From IMG/VR virus record IMGVR_UViG_3300027733_000059, positions 1-61,414 of that record: a DNA stretch of 61,414 nt. One strand, given 5' to 3'. This DNA comes from a virus. Its lineage: Duplodnaviria; Caudoviricetes. Made by a program: the position numbers and the translations under genes. This document shows, in pieces, positions 44,124 through 54,448 of this stretch (positions are counted from its first letter, which is position 1; each line of letters opens with the position of its first letter). A model generated the notes under the pieces. That model was not told where the DNA came from, made no database searches, and saw only the letters and a list, made by a program, of their open reading frames with translations.

Positions 44124-44145
44124 CCCCTGTTGGTTATGTCAAATC

Positions 44146-44430
44146 TCAGATACCTATGCTTTGTCCAAGGTACATCGAGGCACCGACAACTGTTGTTATG
44201 AAAAGCGCTCCAACGGTACGAATAACCCATTCGGAGCGACTCTCCATCTTTTCAAGACGGTCAGTTATGTGGTCCATTGCTTGAGCGAATCTTTCGGTAT
44301 CCGCGTCATAAACATCTTTCCGAAGATAAGTCTGACCAACATTGAGATTCATCTGCTTGACTTCCATAGTTAGGTCGTCAAGCCGTCTCATTACTTCTCC
44401 TAGTGTTGGTTGAATTTCTTCGGCTGCCAT
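44146..44430 (-). CDS. Coiled-coil membrane protein in the lysis cassette
   Basis: C-terminal TM; follows the endolysin. Confidence 0.6.
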   Translation of the reverse strand: MAAEEIQPTLGEVMRRLDDLTMEVKQMNLNVGQTYLRKDVYDADTERFAQAMDHITDRLEKMESRSEWVIRTVGALFITTVVGASMYLGQSIGI

Positions 44431-44432
44431 AA

Positions 44433-44957
44433 TTATGCTTTCTTCCGCGCCTCGTCCGCAGTTTTTGAAACTGCTGAAGTTGCTGGATACGCTGGACGAG
44501 CAATTCCCATAATGAGTTTATAGGCTCGCTTTTTTAAGAAAGCCCCATCCCCATTTGATTGACTTCCTTTTGTATCCCCACTCGTATTGCCTTCGTAGAC
44601 CCAAAGAGTTCCTTTGCCATCGTTTTTGTGAACGATGCCAACGTGGTCTGCCTGTGCATCTTCATCGAACTGGAAGAACGCAATGTCTCCAGCCTTTGCT
44701 TGACCGACAGGAACTACTTGACCTTTTTTAGCAAACCACTTCAGTCCGACATCGCAAGAAGCAAAACCTTTTTTAGATTGAGCAGCAACAATGTCTGAAA
44801 GCCCAGCCTCTTTAAAACACCAAGAAACATACATAGCGCACCAAGGTTGATTATTTAATCCAAACCACTTACCGAACTTTGTGTCGTTGTTGGCACCCTC
44901 GCGATAACCCGCATCGACCTCGGCTTTGGCTGCTGCTAGAACTTTTTCAACTGACAT
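44433..44957 (-). CDS. Endolysin, CHAP domain
   Basis: QPWCAMYVSW...DHVGIV...EGNT. Confidence 0.9.
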   Translation of the reverse strand: MSVEKVLAAAKAEVDAGYREGANNDTKFGKWFGLNNQPWCAMYVSWCFKEAGLSDIVAAQSKKGFASCDVGLKWFAKKGQVVPVGQAKAGDIAFFQFDEDAQADHVGIVHKNDGKGTLWVYEGNTSGDTKGSQSNGDGAFLKKRAYKLIMGIARPAYPATSAVSKTADEARKKA

Positions 44958-45238
44958 TACTTTTTAGCCGTTGCCTTTTTAGCCGTTGCCTTCTTCGTAA
45001 GTTTGCCGACAACTGCTTCCGTAACTCCATCAGCAATCTTGCCGAAAGCGGGGTCTTTAGGATTGGCTGCGCGAATTGCGACGGGAAGAACTGCTGAGAT
45101 ACCTGCTGCGAGGATTGCCTTGAGTGCATCTCCATCAAGTGCGAGGAGGTCTCCGCCTGTAATCATAAATGCTGTAGTGACGGCTGCTAAAAAAGAGCGT
45201 CCGTATGAGGCAAGCATCGCCTGTGTTTTCTTGTCCAT
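44957..45238 (-). CDS. Holin
   Basis: SYGRSF; two TM segments; RAANPKDPAFG; basic tail; precedes the endolysin. Confidence 0.75.
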   Translation of the reverse strand: MDKKTQAMLASYGRSFLAAVTTAFMITGGDLLALDGDALKAILAAGISAVLPVAIRAANPKDPAFGKIADGVTEAVVGKLTKKATAKKATAKK

Positions 45239-45287
45239 TATTTCTCCTAATCTTAGGTGAGTTAATTCTAACCTATGGTTTATGAAC

Positions 45288-45533
45288 CTAAGTTGCTAAA
45301 TCTCCAAGGCACAAAATATCAGAACCGTTTGTAAGGACAAAAACCGTGTCCCCTACTTGTGGCGCATAACTGTGTAGATATTTTACTGAGGGCAAGGTAT
45401 TTGTATCCCCTGCTATTTGAATATCAACTCTTGCGGGACTGTTGTGCTTATCAACCACATAAGCCTGACGAAGCCTAAGAGTCGGAACATTTGTTTCACC
45501 CTTGATTTGATTAACAAGATAATTTAAATCCAT
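45288..45533 (-). CDS. Minor tail protein
   Basis: YLHSYAPQVGDTVFV OB-like motif after the baseplate gene. Confidence 0.6.
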   Translation of the reverse strand: MDLNYLVNQIKGETNVPTLRLRQAYVVDKHNSPARVDIQIAGDTNTLPSVKYLHSYAPQVGDTVFVLTNGSDILCLGDLAT

Positions 45534-46654
45534 CAGAATCTCCGACTCCTTCCAATTGCGCTCATTGTGTTTTGCGGACTCAAAGGTATCGTAATTGAAT
45601 CAAGCACCAAAGTGGCATCAACTCCTGATGGTGTACGAGTTATCTTTACCAAGTCATAGACATCGTGAGCGGGATTTACAATTTGGTCCCAGGAGATTTT
45701 TTCAAGCGCTCCAATAACTTTTCGAAGTTCTGCTGAGGCAGCCTCTTGAGCCTCGGCAACTGTCAGGATGTAAGGGGATGACTTGAAAATAGGAACTGAA
45801 CCATAAGTCTCTACATAAGTTGGAGATGCTGGGTTATCATCTTTAGCCTCCCCAATTACACCAATCGAGAGGTTGGTTCCTTCACCCGTATAAATAACGT
45901 GGTTAAACGATTCATCACTAGATAAAGAGCGACTCAATGAAGTCAAAACAGATTCCGTGTTGTCCTCATAAGTTATTAGGGGAACACCGCTATCAGGGTC
46001 AGGAATAGGTCGCATACGAACTGTTCCGTTCTCATCAAAATATAAATCCATTCCAGCGGACTCGGCTATCGTAAGCGCTTCTTTCCAGGGATTTGATGAC
46101 TGGTCAAGAGTCGGATAGATAATGTCAGTTACCTGATTAGTTGCTGGAAACAATGTTTTAACTGCTGGGAATCTATCTTTAAGAATCTGCGATATTGCCG
46201 TTTCCTTGGCAGTTGCATCCTCAATGTAAAAGTCGTGACTCGTCCACTTTGCTCGGATTACTCTAAGGCTTCTATCTGAGCCTTGGACCGTAATTCGAAC
46301 TCCTTCAGGAGTGTCGGTAATTTCTACAGTTGTCAAAATAAATACACCGAGAGGAACTAATTCTTCTGTCCCGTCTGCAAACTGAACTCCACGATAGATT
46401 TTAATTTCGCGGTTGTATGGCAGTAAAATTGAGGAACGATTATTTGTTGGTACTAAAGTTCCGTCTTTATCAATGAACTCAATTGAACATTGGCGCCTTA
46501 TATCTCTGCGCGAGTCAATCGTGACTTCACCTGAAATTGGTTGAGCCGTACTAATAATTTCATTATTAGCCATATCATAAATCTCAATCTTGACATTGCT
46601 GATATGGGACTTACGAACTGACGATAAGAAAGCGTCAGATACGGGATACATCAA
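45533..46654 (-). CDS. Minor tail / baseplate hub protein (DUF5047-like)
   Basis: GEVTIDSRRDIRR...ELVPLGVF...LYFDENG. Confidence 0.75.
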   Translation of the reverse strand: MMYPVSDAFLSSVRKSHISNVKIEIYDMANNEIISTAQPISGEVTIDSRRDIRRQCSIEFIDKDGTLVPTNNRSSILLPYNREIKIYRGVQFADGTEELVPLGVFILTTVEITDTPEGVRITVQGSDRSLRVIRAKWTSHDFYIEDATAKETAISQILKDRFPAVKTLFPATNQVTDIIYPTLDQSSNPWKEALTIAESAGMDLYFDENGTVRMRPIPDPDSGVPLITYEDNTESVLTSLSRSLSSDESFNHVIYTGEGTNLSIGVIGEAKDDNPASPTYVETYGSVPIFKSSPYILTVAEAQEAASAELRKVIGALEKISWDQIVNPAHDVYDLVKITRTPSGVDATLVLDSITIPLSPQNTMSAIGRSRRF

Positions 46655-47076
46655 GGAGCCTCAACTTCAAAGTAATTAACCTTTGCGTTACGAATCAAAT
46701 TATTGATGTCGCCTACCTCTGTCCAAGTTCTATCTACAAAGCGAACATATTTTTGACGCCCTAGAGGGTCGTGAACGTGCAAGATTCCTTGATATGTGAG
46801 AACTGGATATAAAGCAGCCCACTCTGTTTCTCCCTGAGTGGTGAACTCATAAGAGCCGTCAATTCCATAAATGCTTGTTGCTACAACAACAGTTTTAGAG
46901 GCACCGAGGGGTTTAAAAACCCCATAAGATTCCACGACAGATGAATTAAGAGGCTGTTGAACTCTTAATTGTGTAACACGAATAGTTGGACTTTGCACAG
47001 CCGTAAATGACCAAACTCCTGCGTTTGCAATTTGAATTGGCTCAGTAGTTGTATAACCCGACGATAAAACAGCCAT
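46651..47076 (-). CDS. Minor tail protein
   Basis: Position; ends YFEVEAP. Confidence 0.65.
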   Translation of the reverse strand: MAVLSSGYTTTEPIQIANAGVWSFTAVQSPTIRVTQLRVQQPLNSSVVESYGVFKPLGASKTVVVATSIYGIDGSYEFTTQGETEWAALYPVLTYQGILHVHDPLGRQKYVRFVDRTWTEVGDINNLIRNAKVNYFEVEAP

Positions 47077-48647
47077 TAGATTTCAGCCCTCGCTTTCGCA
47101 CGATAGGTCACGGTTGTATCAAGTGGAACTTCGTAATCACTCAGGGTTGCAATTTGTGAAGTGTCGGCGCTTACAGGACTATTGCGAATTGCTGTATAAG
47201 TTGTTCCTGAATCATCTGAGCGTTCAACATCAAAGGAGAACGTGCCAAATCCTCCGCGAGTCCAAAAAGGTTCATCACCTGCGTGGAAGGCAATCTTGTC
47301 TACATAATGAACTTCGCTTACTCCAGCAGAGATAATTTTTACTACAACTAAAGCGGTAACTGCGGTAATTGGCGCTGTTGCCGAAACCGTACATTGATTC
47401 CACGCGCTTGCTGAATCTGTTTCGCTTGTTCCGTAGGCAGTAGAGATTGTTGTACCGCTCGAATCGCGCCAAAGAATTCCTACCGCTGTAGAGCGAGCGG
47501 TTGTATTGGCTCTGAACTCAGCGGTTGCAGAAAACTTAGTAGATGGAGTAACGGTGAAAGCCAAGGCAGTAGTGGTTGTTGCGGTTGCATCACCTGATGC
47601 TGTTGCTGTCACGGCTAAGGAGGCAGAACCATCTGACGCTTGAGCGGTTGAACGAGTAAGTGAACAATTTGAGAGAGCAACCCAACCGTCTGTATTTGTT
47701 TCTAAAGATGCTTGGTTGGTGTTAAGAACATTTGTGCGACCAAAAACTGTAATTGCGACTGAGCCAGTATCGGTTTCATAAAATGCTGAGACCGTTGGGT
47801 TAGCAGGAGCATCCACGGCTAAACTAAATGTTGAAAAAGACCAAGCGCTAAAATAATTACTGCCGTTGGCTAATTGAGCAACTCTTACATAAGCACGATA
47901 TGTCGTGCTGTTTGCTAAATCTGCCTCAAGTGTTTGCCCGTTATTGCTCGAAGCCACGATGCCCGTTTCAACCGATGGCGTTGAAGTATCTGCACTAAAA
48001 CCACTAGCACCGTAAGTTGCTGAGTCAAAAATCTTAATTTCGTATGCTGATTGTGGGTCTCCATCTGCATCGGCATATGTCCATACAACTGATGGAAATG
48101 AAGTGGTCGTAATTGTTCCTGAAGGTGCTGTAACCGTAACTGTTGGTTGAGTAGTGGTAACAACATCAACATAAACTGCGTAAACGCTAGTTTTATCAGC
48201 CAAGGCTGTTGCATTGTCTGTAAACTTGAATGAAAGATTATCAATAAGCGTTTGAGTCCAAGCAGCACCATTTGGAGCGCTTGTCATATTTAATGCAAAA
48301 TCAACTGTAGAAAGAGCCAGGGTATTTTGCTTAGAGATTGGGACAGAGTAATAAACGGTTCTGCCGTTACGGTCAGTAATAACCCCAAGACTAAACTGCG
48401 CGATACCCGCTGTTCCGACTGCGATTCTTGCTCGAAGATTTACAGATGTTACTTGCTCTGTTGCCGAAAGTGTTTGTGTGCCAAACTCTGCCTCGTAAGA
48501 GGCTGGGACTGTATTGCTTGTTCTTGTTATGAAAGTTGCATCGTTGTTATCTGCAAGAGCAGCGTGAACTGACGCTGACCCACCCGAAATTGTAAAGAGG
48601 CTGTCATTGTTCCAGTTTGCATCAGGACGGAGTGTGTAAGTTGCCAT
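47076..48647 (-). CDS. Minor tail protein with a carbohydrate-binding-like insert
   Basis: Follows the tape measure; NQASLETNTDGW...DGSASL CBM-like segment. Confidence 0.7.
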   Translation of the reverse strand: MATYTLRPDANWNNDSLFTISGGSASVHAALADNNDATFITRTSNTVPASYEAEFGTQTLSATEQVTSVNLRARIAVGTAGIAQFSLGVITDRNGRTVYYSVPISKQNTLALSTVDFALNMTSAPNGAAWTQTLIDNLSFKFTDNATALADKTSVYAVYVDVVTTTQPTVTVTAPSGTITTTSFPSVVWTYADADGDPQSAYEIKIFDSATYGASGFSADTSTPSVETGIVASSNNGQTLEADLANSTTYRAYVRVAQLANGSNYFSAWSFSTFSLAVDAPANPTVSAFYETDTGSVAITVFGRTNVLNTNQASLETNTDGWVALSNCSLTRSTAQASDGSASLAVTATASGDATATTTTALAFTVTPSTKFSATAEFRANTTARSTAVGILWRDSSGTTISTAYGTSETDSASAWNQCTVSATAPITAVTALVVVKIISAGVSEVHYVDKIAFHAGDEPFWTRGGFGTFSFDVERSDDSGTTYTAIRNSPVSADTSQIATLSDYEVPLDTTVTYRAKARAEI

Positions 48648-51600
48648 TATTTACTCGCTAACTGTCGGGCTAGAATTGCGAATGTTTCCTCAATTTTTGC
48701 TGCGATAATCGCCGTGCGCTCTTCATCATCTTTGGCTCCTGAGACATCAACATTGAGTTGGAAGGCTCCTTGCTGGATGTAAACATTATTGCCTCGGCTT
48801 GCTGTTTGGAAATCTTGACCTTGCATAGAGTTAAGAATTCTAGTTGCATCACTTATCTGTCCGCTAAATCCTGCCTCTGCACCAAAAGCACCAATTCTCG
48901 CTCCAGCGAACTGAATCTGCTTTTGTAGACGGCTTACATCATTAACTGCCTCTTGTCCGCCACCTAAAATTGAAGCAGCGAGTTGAGCGCCCTTTATCGG
49001 ACCCTCTTCAATAATTGACTTTAAGGCATCTGCATCAAGGTTCATTGCTTGCAATTGAGCAATCTGTGTTGCGAACTGCTGACTCTTATTAAGTCGTTGT
49101 TCCATATTTGCAATTAAAGATTTAGCCTTTGGAATGAAACCATCAGGCAACTCAACACCCTTAAGACCCGCAAAGTTTACAATTGTGTCCTTGAGACTGT
49201 CTGCAAAGTCTTTTGCAGCCTGTTTTAAGTCATCAAGTACGCCACGGATTGCGTCAATTCCTGCCTTCATTGAGTCCCGAATTGTTTCTAATCTTTTGGC
49301 TCCATTGGCTAACTCATCTGCGTTGGGGTCATCAAAATTTAAATCTCCAGGCTTCGAAAATTCTTTTTTAAGGTCCTCAAGAATGTTGCCAAAACCCAAT
49401 CCAGTTTTGAGTTTTGCTACTAAATCACCAAAAGCATCTCCGATTTTGTCCACAAAATTGCTACTGGTAAATGACTCGATACCAGCGCCAAGACCAAGCA
49501 AAAACTCTCCAGCCTTAACTGCTGCCTCGCTAGTATTTTCAACAATGAACTTGCCAACTTCTAAGTCTTTCATTTTTTCTAAACCTGCAATGACTTTGCC
49601 AAGACCGTCTGAAGCAATATTGGCTCCCTTGACTAAGCCTTCAACAATCTTATCGCCAAACTTCATCTCTTTTAGGGCTGTAATACCTTTTATCATTGTG
49701 CCTAAAACGGTTGATGTTTTTTCGCCAGCAGTTATGAAGCCAGCCACCAATTTATTACCAACTTCGTCAGTAGCAATTTTATTTACTTTTGCAGCAAAGC
49801 CCAGCATTTTGTTTGCTACATCTGAAAGCGTTCCAGCAGCGCCATCTTTGTAGTTACCCCAAGATAAAGAAGCCTCAATTATTTTTGAATTTAACTTTGA
49901 TGCTGCGTCAATCCCCGCAATTGCAGTTTTGCTAATATCTTCGCCTAAACTTGGCTTAAAATCTTCTTCGGCTTTTTTAACTCCACTAATAGCATTAGCA
50001 ATACCTCGCAAGGCATCACGAATTACATCGCCTCCCAAAAGAACAGGAATTTTATCTGCAAGGTTAGCAAGCCAATTTATGAAAGATGCAAATTTTTCCC
50101 TCATAAACGAAATAACACCCGACATAATGTTTCCGAGTTTGCTAAGAACTCCACCTATGATGTCTTTAGCCTTGTCAATGGCTAAGGTTATTTTACCCCA
50201 AACATCTGCAATAAAGTCTCTGAATTTACCAAAATAATAAACCAGCGTAGCAATTACTTTAATAATGTTTGCCAATACAACAACAATTGTTGTTACAGCA
50301 AAACCGATTATAGCCTGAATTGCATTGAATACGGTTTCAACAATATTTCTGAATGTCTCATTTGTTTTAAACAAATCTACAAAAGCATCTATGACTGATT
50401 TTATAGTCCCAAGAATAAAACTGTAGAAGGTTGTATAAACACCTATAATAAAGTTAATAATACCTGCAACTACTTTTGCAAAAACAGTTTGATTCTCAAA
50501 AAGCATTAGGAAAGTATCAATCACAGATTTAATTGCTTTGACAATAAATGTGTACCAGGTTAAATACACTTGATATACAAACTGTATAACACTTGCTACT
50601 ACTTTTCCAAAAGTATTGTTAATGTCAATTAGATTTCCAAAAGCAACTAACAGATTGCCAAAAAGTTTAAAAATAAATCCTAAAACTTTTCCGACTACGT
50701 TGGCTACAAAATCAAATACTTTTGTCATAACTTCACGGAAAGTCTGACTTTCTTTCCACGCAAAACCAAAAGCAATTACTAACCCAACTATTGCTCCAAT
50801 TATCAATCCAATTGGGTTTGCGTACATTGTTGCATTTAGTTTAAGCATAGATGCTGCTAAGCCATTTGTAGAGGCTATCGCTGCTAATTGCCCACCTGAC
50901 ATTAGGACCTGAGCAACACCAAGCAACTCTGAAGTAAATGCGACTGCTGCTTGAATTGCTGGAATCACAATAAGTGCTGCTTTGTAAGCGATAAAAGCAC
51001 CAACAAGAGTCAAAATTATGCCAGCCAGGATTTTTGCAATTGTTGAGTGTTTTTGAAAAAATCCAGTAACCGAACTAATAACTTTGGCTAAACCGCTTAT
51101 TGCTTTAGCCAAGATAGCAACTGCAAAACCACCCAACACAGCCAATGCCTTACCCAACTTGACGACAATGGAAAAGAAAGGCTTCATTGATGTGACTAAA
51201 TTATTTATAGCGGTTTTCACTTGAGATGAAGTCAAATACAAGGTTGCCAAAACGACTGCAACAATTCCAATAGGACCAGCAAGCCCGCCAAGCACCGTGC
51301 CTAAAATTGGAATCATTCTAAAAAGTTGCGCTCCAGCAAATGTAGCAAAAGCCGCTGTTACGGCTGCAATTGCTGGAAGCAAGAACTCAATTTTCTCGGC
51401 TAAACCTTTTATTTTATCTTGGGCGCCACTCATCGCACCCTCAAATTTTTCCCCAATGGTTGCGACAGGTTTTAAATTATCAACAAACTCTTTTATTTTA
51501 TCAATTGCGACAATAAAAGGTTTTGTTAATTTTTGCAAAACTAAAGTGATAGCCTTAAAAATTGTCTGTAAAATTTCACTTTTTTCTATAGCCTTAGCAA

Positions 51601-52387
51601 AGGATTTAACTAAGTTATATGCAGAGAAAATAAGTGGACCAATAGCCTTAAGAAGAACTCCGCCGACTGACACCTGTATTTCATTATTAAGGCGGGCAAA
51701 AGAACGCAAAACTTTTCCAGGGCTGGTCATAGCAGCCTCGTATGTTCCAGCGACTTTTGCGCCTTCCGTCAAAGCGCCCGAAAGAACAGCCTGTTGTTTT
51801 TCTTGATAGGTAAGTTGTTTTGTTGTTTTGCCAATACTGCGAGCAAAAGTCTCATACATTTGACCCGCGGATTTTTGGATACCAACTGATTTTAAAACTT
51901 CACTTCGACCCGTGATAACGGCGTGGGTGAGCATATTGTATGTATCTGTTGAGTTCATACCGCTAATAACTGCAAGGTCTTGAGCAACGCGGGCTAGGTC
52001 GGCTGCTTTTCCAAGTTCTAAATTATTTTGAGCAAACTTTAAAGCAGACTTTTGAGCAACTTCCATTTCGATGCCGTTTTCCTTAATGGCAACGGTGGCA
52101 TCTCTAATTACTTGATAACCAAGACCAGTTGATTTACCAACTGCGTTCATCGCAATATCGAGTTCATCTACGCGAGCAGCAGCCATAAATGCTTTTGTTC
52201 CAAAAGCAATCATCGCTGTAATGGCTGCGCCTGAAGCAATACCAACTCCAGTCATCGCTCCGCGGAGTCGATTTGAAGTTTGTATAAATCCTTCAGCAGC
52301 CTGAGATGCTTGTTGCATACCTCGGGTAAATTGTGCGGTATCGGCGCTAACTCGCGCCCGCATCTCCATCTGCGGAACTTCAGCCAT
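48647..52387 (-). CDS. Tape measure protein
   Basis: 1246 aa, Ala/Gly/Ile-rich helical; follows the tail chaperones. Confidence 0.92.
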   Translation of the reverse strand: MAEVPQMEMRARVSADTAQFTRGMQQASQAAEGFIQTSNRLRGAMTGVGIASGAAITAMIAFGTKAFMAAARVDELDIAMNAVGKSTGLGYQVIRDATVAIKENGIEMEVAQKSALKFAQNNLELGKAADLARVAQDLAVISGMNSTDTYNMLTHAVITGRSEVLKSVGIQKSAGQMYETFARSIGKTTKQLTYQEKQQAVLSGALTEGAKVAGTYEAAMTSPGKVLRSFARLNNEIQVSVGGVLLKAIGPLIFSAYNLVKSFAKAIEKSEILQTIFKAITLVLQKLTKPFIVAIDKIKEFVDNLKPVATIGEKFEGAMSGAQDKIKGLAEKIEFLLPAIAAVTAAFATFAGAQLFRMIPILGTVLGGLAGPIGIVAVVLATLYLTSSQVKTAINNLVTSMKPFFSIVVKLGKALAVLGGFAVAILAKAISGLAKVISSVTGFFQKHSTIAKILAGIILTLVGAFIAYKAALIVIPAIQAAVAFTSELLGVAQVLMSGGQLAAIASTNGLAASMLKLNATMYANPIGLIIGAIVGLVIAFGFAWKESQTFREVMTKVFDFVANVVGKVLGFIFKLFGNLLVAFGNLIDINNTFGKVVASVIQFVYQVYLTWYTFIVKAIKSVIDTFLMLFENQTVFAKVVAGIINFIIGVYTTFYSFILGTIKSVIDAFVDLFKTNETFRNIVETVFNAIQAIIGFAVTTIVVVLANIIKVIATLVYYFGKFRDFIADVWGKITLAIDKAKDIIGGVLSKLGNIMSGVISFMREKFASFINWLANLADKIPVLLGGDVIRDALRGIANAISGVKKAEEDFKPSLGEDISKTAIAGIDAASKLNSKIIEASLSWGNYKDGAAGTLSDVANKMLGFAAKVNKIATDEVGNKLVAGFITAGEKTSTVLGTMIKGITALKEMKFGDKIVEGLVKGANIASDGLGKVIAGLEKMKDLEVGKFIVENTSEAAVKAGEFLLGLGAGIESFTSSNFVDKIGDAFGDLVAKLKTGLGFGNILEDLKKEFSKPGDLNFDDPNADELANGAKRLETIRDSMKAGIDAIRGVLDDLKQAAKDFADSLKDTIVNFAGLKGVELPDGFIPKAKSLIANMEQRLNKSQQFATQIAQLQAMNLDADALKSIIEEGPIKGAQLAASILGGGQEAVNDVSRLQKQIQFAGARIGAFGAEAGFSGQISDATRILNSMQGQDFQTASRGNNVYIQQGAFQLNVDVSGAKDDEERTAIIAAKIEETFAILARQLASK

Positions 52388-52584
52388 TATCTTCTTGCCT
52401 TAGCCTTTCTTTCCGCTTTTTCCCGCTCTTTCCCTCTTAGGATATAAAGAGCAGACCACTCGGTTAATTCCATACTGGATAGGGGGCGGTGGGCGGGACT
52501 CCCGTAAAGAAGTTCGCCCACCGTCCTACCTAATTCTTCAGCAAGTTCGAAAAGAAACCTACGCTCAGGATTCTTCAGGAAATC
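52387..52584 (-). CDS. Tail assembly chaperone, downstream (frameshift) segment
   Basis: PERRFLFELAEELGRTVGEL...SSMELTEWSALY; overlaps the end of 52565..52924 in the +1 frame. Confidence 0.65.
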   Translation of the reverse strand, partial: DFLKNPERRFLFELAEELGRTVGELLYGSPAHRPLSSMELTEWSALYILRGKEREKAERKAKARR

Positions 52585-52924
52585 GTGCTTGTGCTTCGTC
52601 TGCCGCCTTTTCAGAAAGACCTGAGTTGCCGAGAGCCTTAGTTGCAAGGCGTTCGATAACTGCACCATTCTTAGAAAGGATTGCTTCCTTATCCTGGGCT
52701 GTAAAGACTGGCAGACCTGTAGTTGGGTCGTAAACAGTTGCAATAACAGTTAGTGCGTACATTGCAGCAACATCGGTCTTGTCGCCTTTAGCAGCGCCTT
52801 CTCCGAGTTTTGCTCTTTCATTCGCTGTCATCGAACGAACCTCGACAGTTACTCCCCATTCAGGGATTTCTACGAGTTCCTTTGTGATGTCATCGCTGCT
52901 GAAAATTGCTTCTTTTAGACTCAT
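52565..52924 (-). CDS. Tail assembly chaperone
   Basis: VEIPEWGVTVEVRSMT; between tail tube and tape measure. Confidence 0.8.
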   Translation of the reverse strand: MSLKEAIFSSDDITKELVEIPEWGVTVEVRSMTANERAKLGEGAAKGDKTDVAAMYALTVIATVYDPTTGLPVFTAQDKEAILSKNGAVIERLATKALGNSGLSEKAADEAQARFPEES

Positions 52925-52983
52925 TTATTTCTCCTTGGACACTAGGTTGGTCACGATTTATTAAGTTGTTATTTAATTATTGA

Positions 52984-53400
52984 TTATGCGTAAGCGCCAC
53001 GGGTGACGGCACCTGTAACTTGGAACTCTGCTGAGAAAGTTACAACATCACCAACTGCACCACTCTTCTCATAAGAAGTCATTATGCACTCGCCTGTGTA
53101 CTTTGCATCTAGCGCAGTTGAACCTTCAGGTCCGTACTCAAACGACACCGTTGCTGCCTGTCCTAAAATCCCGCTGAGGTGTGCATCAACTGTTGTATCA
53201 AAGTTACCTGAGATTGAAATAGTTGCATCGCTCAAACCCACAACGTAGGTCTTTGCATTGCTGCCGAAACTTGTGGTCTCGGCGGTCTCGATTGTCTGTG
53301 GAAATGAAACATCTGTCAGCACATCGCTGATAGTAGTTAGGGTTCCACCTGAATTGTCCACCTTGAATACGGTGGCTTTACCGTGTGTGAATGTAGGCAT
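52984..53400 (-). CDS. Major tail (tube) protein
   Basis: ETAETTSFGSNAKTYVVGLSD...FSAEFQVTG. Confidence 0.8.
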   Translation of the reverse strand: MPTFTHGKATVFKVDNSGGTLTTISDVLTDVSFPQTIETAETTSFGSNAKTYVVGLSDATISISGNFDTTVDAHLSGILGQAATVSFEYGPEGSTALDAKYTGECIMTSYEKSGAVGDVVTFSAEFQVTGAVTRGAYA

Positions 53401-54128
53401 TAGTTTCTCCTTGCGAAAGCCACTACTGGGGTGGCGGTACCTGTGGAACCTGCAACCGTGTAGTTCACGCGCAGGTATCTTGCTACGGTTCCAGTAACTT
53501 CAACTCTTTGAGAAGTTTTGGTTGTACTGGAAACGACTGTAAAGGTAATCAAATCAGTAAAGGTTGAGTTGTCGGCTGACTGCTGAACCTTGACTGTTAT
53601 GTTGCCATTACGAGTATTAGTTGGAACGCTTACAAAGCCTACTCCGCCATTGGCAGATGAGGCTGCATTATCAACAGATGTTCCATTTCCTGTTGCTGAG
53701 ATTGCTGAACCTGAAGAAAGAATCTTTCCGTGTTCAACTCCGTCGCTTGATTGGAATTCAGCGCTTGTCTGCACGACATCGGCAACTGCTCCTGAGACTT
53801 CGTATGAGGTGTCATCCGCCTCAAGGACAATTGCGTTTGCTCCATTAGAGTGACCTGACGGGGCAACAATGACATTTAATTTAGTAGCAGAACTAAGTGC
53901 TGCTGAGAAAAATACATCTGTGCCTGTTACTGCTGTTCCATCGAACATTCCACTAAGAGAAACTGTTCCGTCTTGTAGACCAACAATGTAAGTTTTTGCA
54001 CTTGAGCCGAAGGCTGAAGTTTCAGAAGTTTCAACTGTGCTTGTTGCGCTTACATCATTAAAGAAAGCAGAAAAATCATATTCATTAACAAAAACATTAA
54101 CATTTTTACCGTGTGCAAATGTAGGCAT
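53400..54128 (-). CDS. Tail tube paralog with an extra C-terminal domain
   Basis: MPTFAHGK...ETSETSAFGSSAKTYIVGLQDG; C-terminal VQQSADNSTF...RYLRV domain. Confidence 0.75.
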   Translation of the reverse strand: MPTFAHGKNVNVFVNEYDFSAFFNDVSATSTVETSETSAFGSSAKTYIVGLQDGTVSLSGMFDGTAVTGTDVFFSAALSSATKLNVIVAPSGHSNGANAIVLEADDTSYEVSGAVADVVQTSAEFQSSDGVEHGKILSSGSAISATGNGTSVDNAASSANGGVGFVSVPTNTRNGNITVKVQQSADNSTFTDLITFTVVSSTTKTSQRVEVTGTVARYLRVNYTVAGSTGTATPVVAFARRN

Positions 54129-54448
54129 TATTCAGTCTCCTCAACTGGGCGTTGGTGTGGGGTTCCGTCTTGAATAAATCCATCGCCATCGCCATCTGTT
54201 GCTTCAGGGTCAAAACCCTCTGCCTCGATAACAGGCTCAACTGGAGCCTCGACAATTGGTTCTTCCTTGACAGGCTCAACTACAGGTTCTTCAATTATTG
54301 TTTTAGCAGGTTTATTGGCATCTTCAATCGCGCCAATTTCAGTAAGCCACTTAATAGATGTGGCTGGTAAATCTTCAACAACATCGCCCGCTTCGGCGCG
54401 TTTGTTGGGTGGGTAATCGATACCCTGTAGAACTCGATAGCGAGCCAT
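54128..54448 (-). CDS. Hypothetical acidic protein with a DGDGDG...DGTP motif
   Basis: GGAGG RBS; first gene of the tail transcript. Confidence 0.65.
   Translation of the reverse strand: MARYRVLQGIDYPPNKRAEAGDVVEDLPATSIKWLTEIGAIEDANKPAKTIIEEPVVEPVKEEPIVEAPVEPVIEAEGFDPEATDGDGDGFIQDGTPHQRPVEETE

Noticed and set aside
49134-51806. Long + strand ORFs within the tape measure gene
   Set aside because: Antisense shadows with no RBS or motifs
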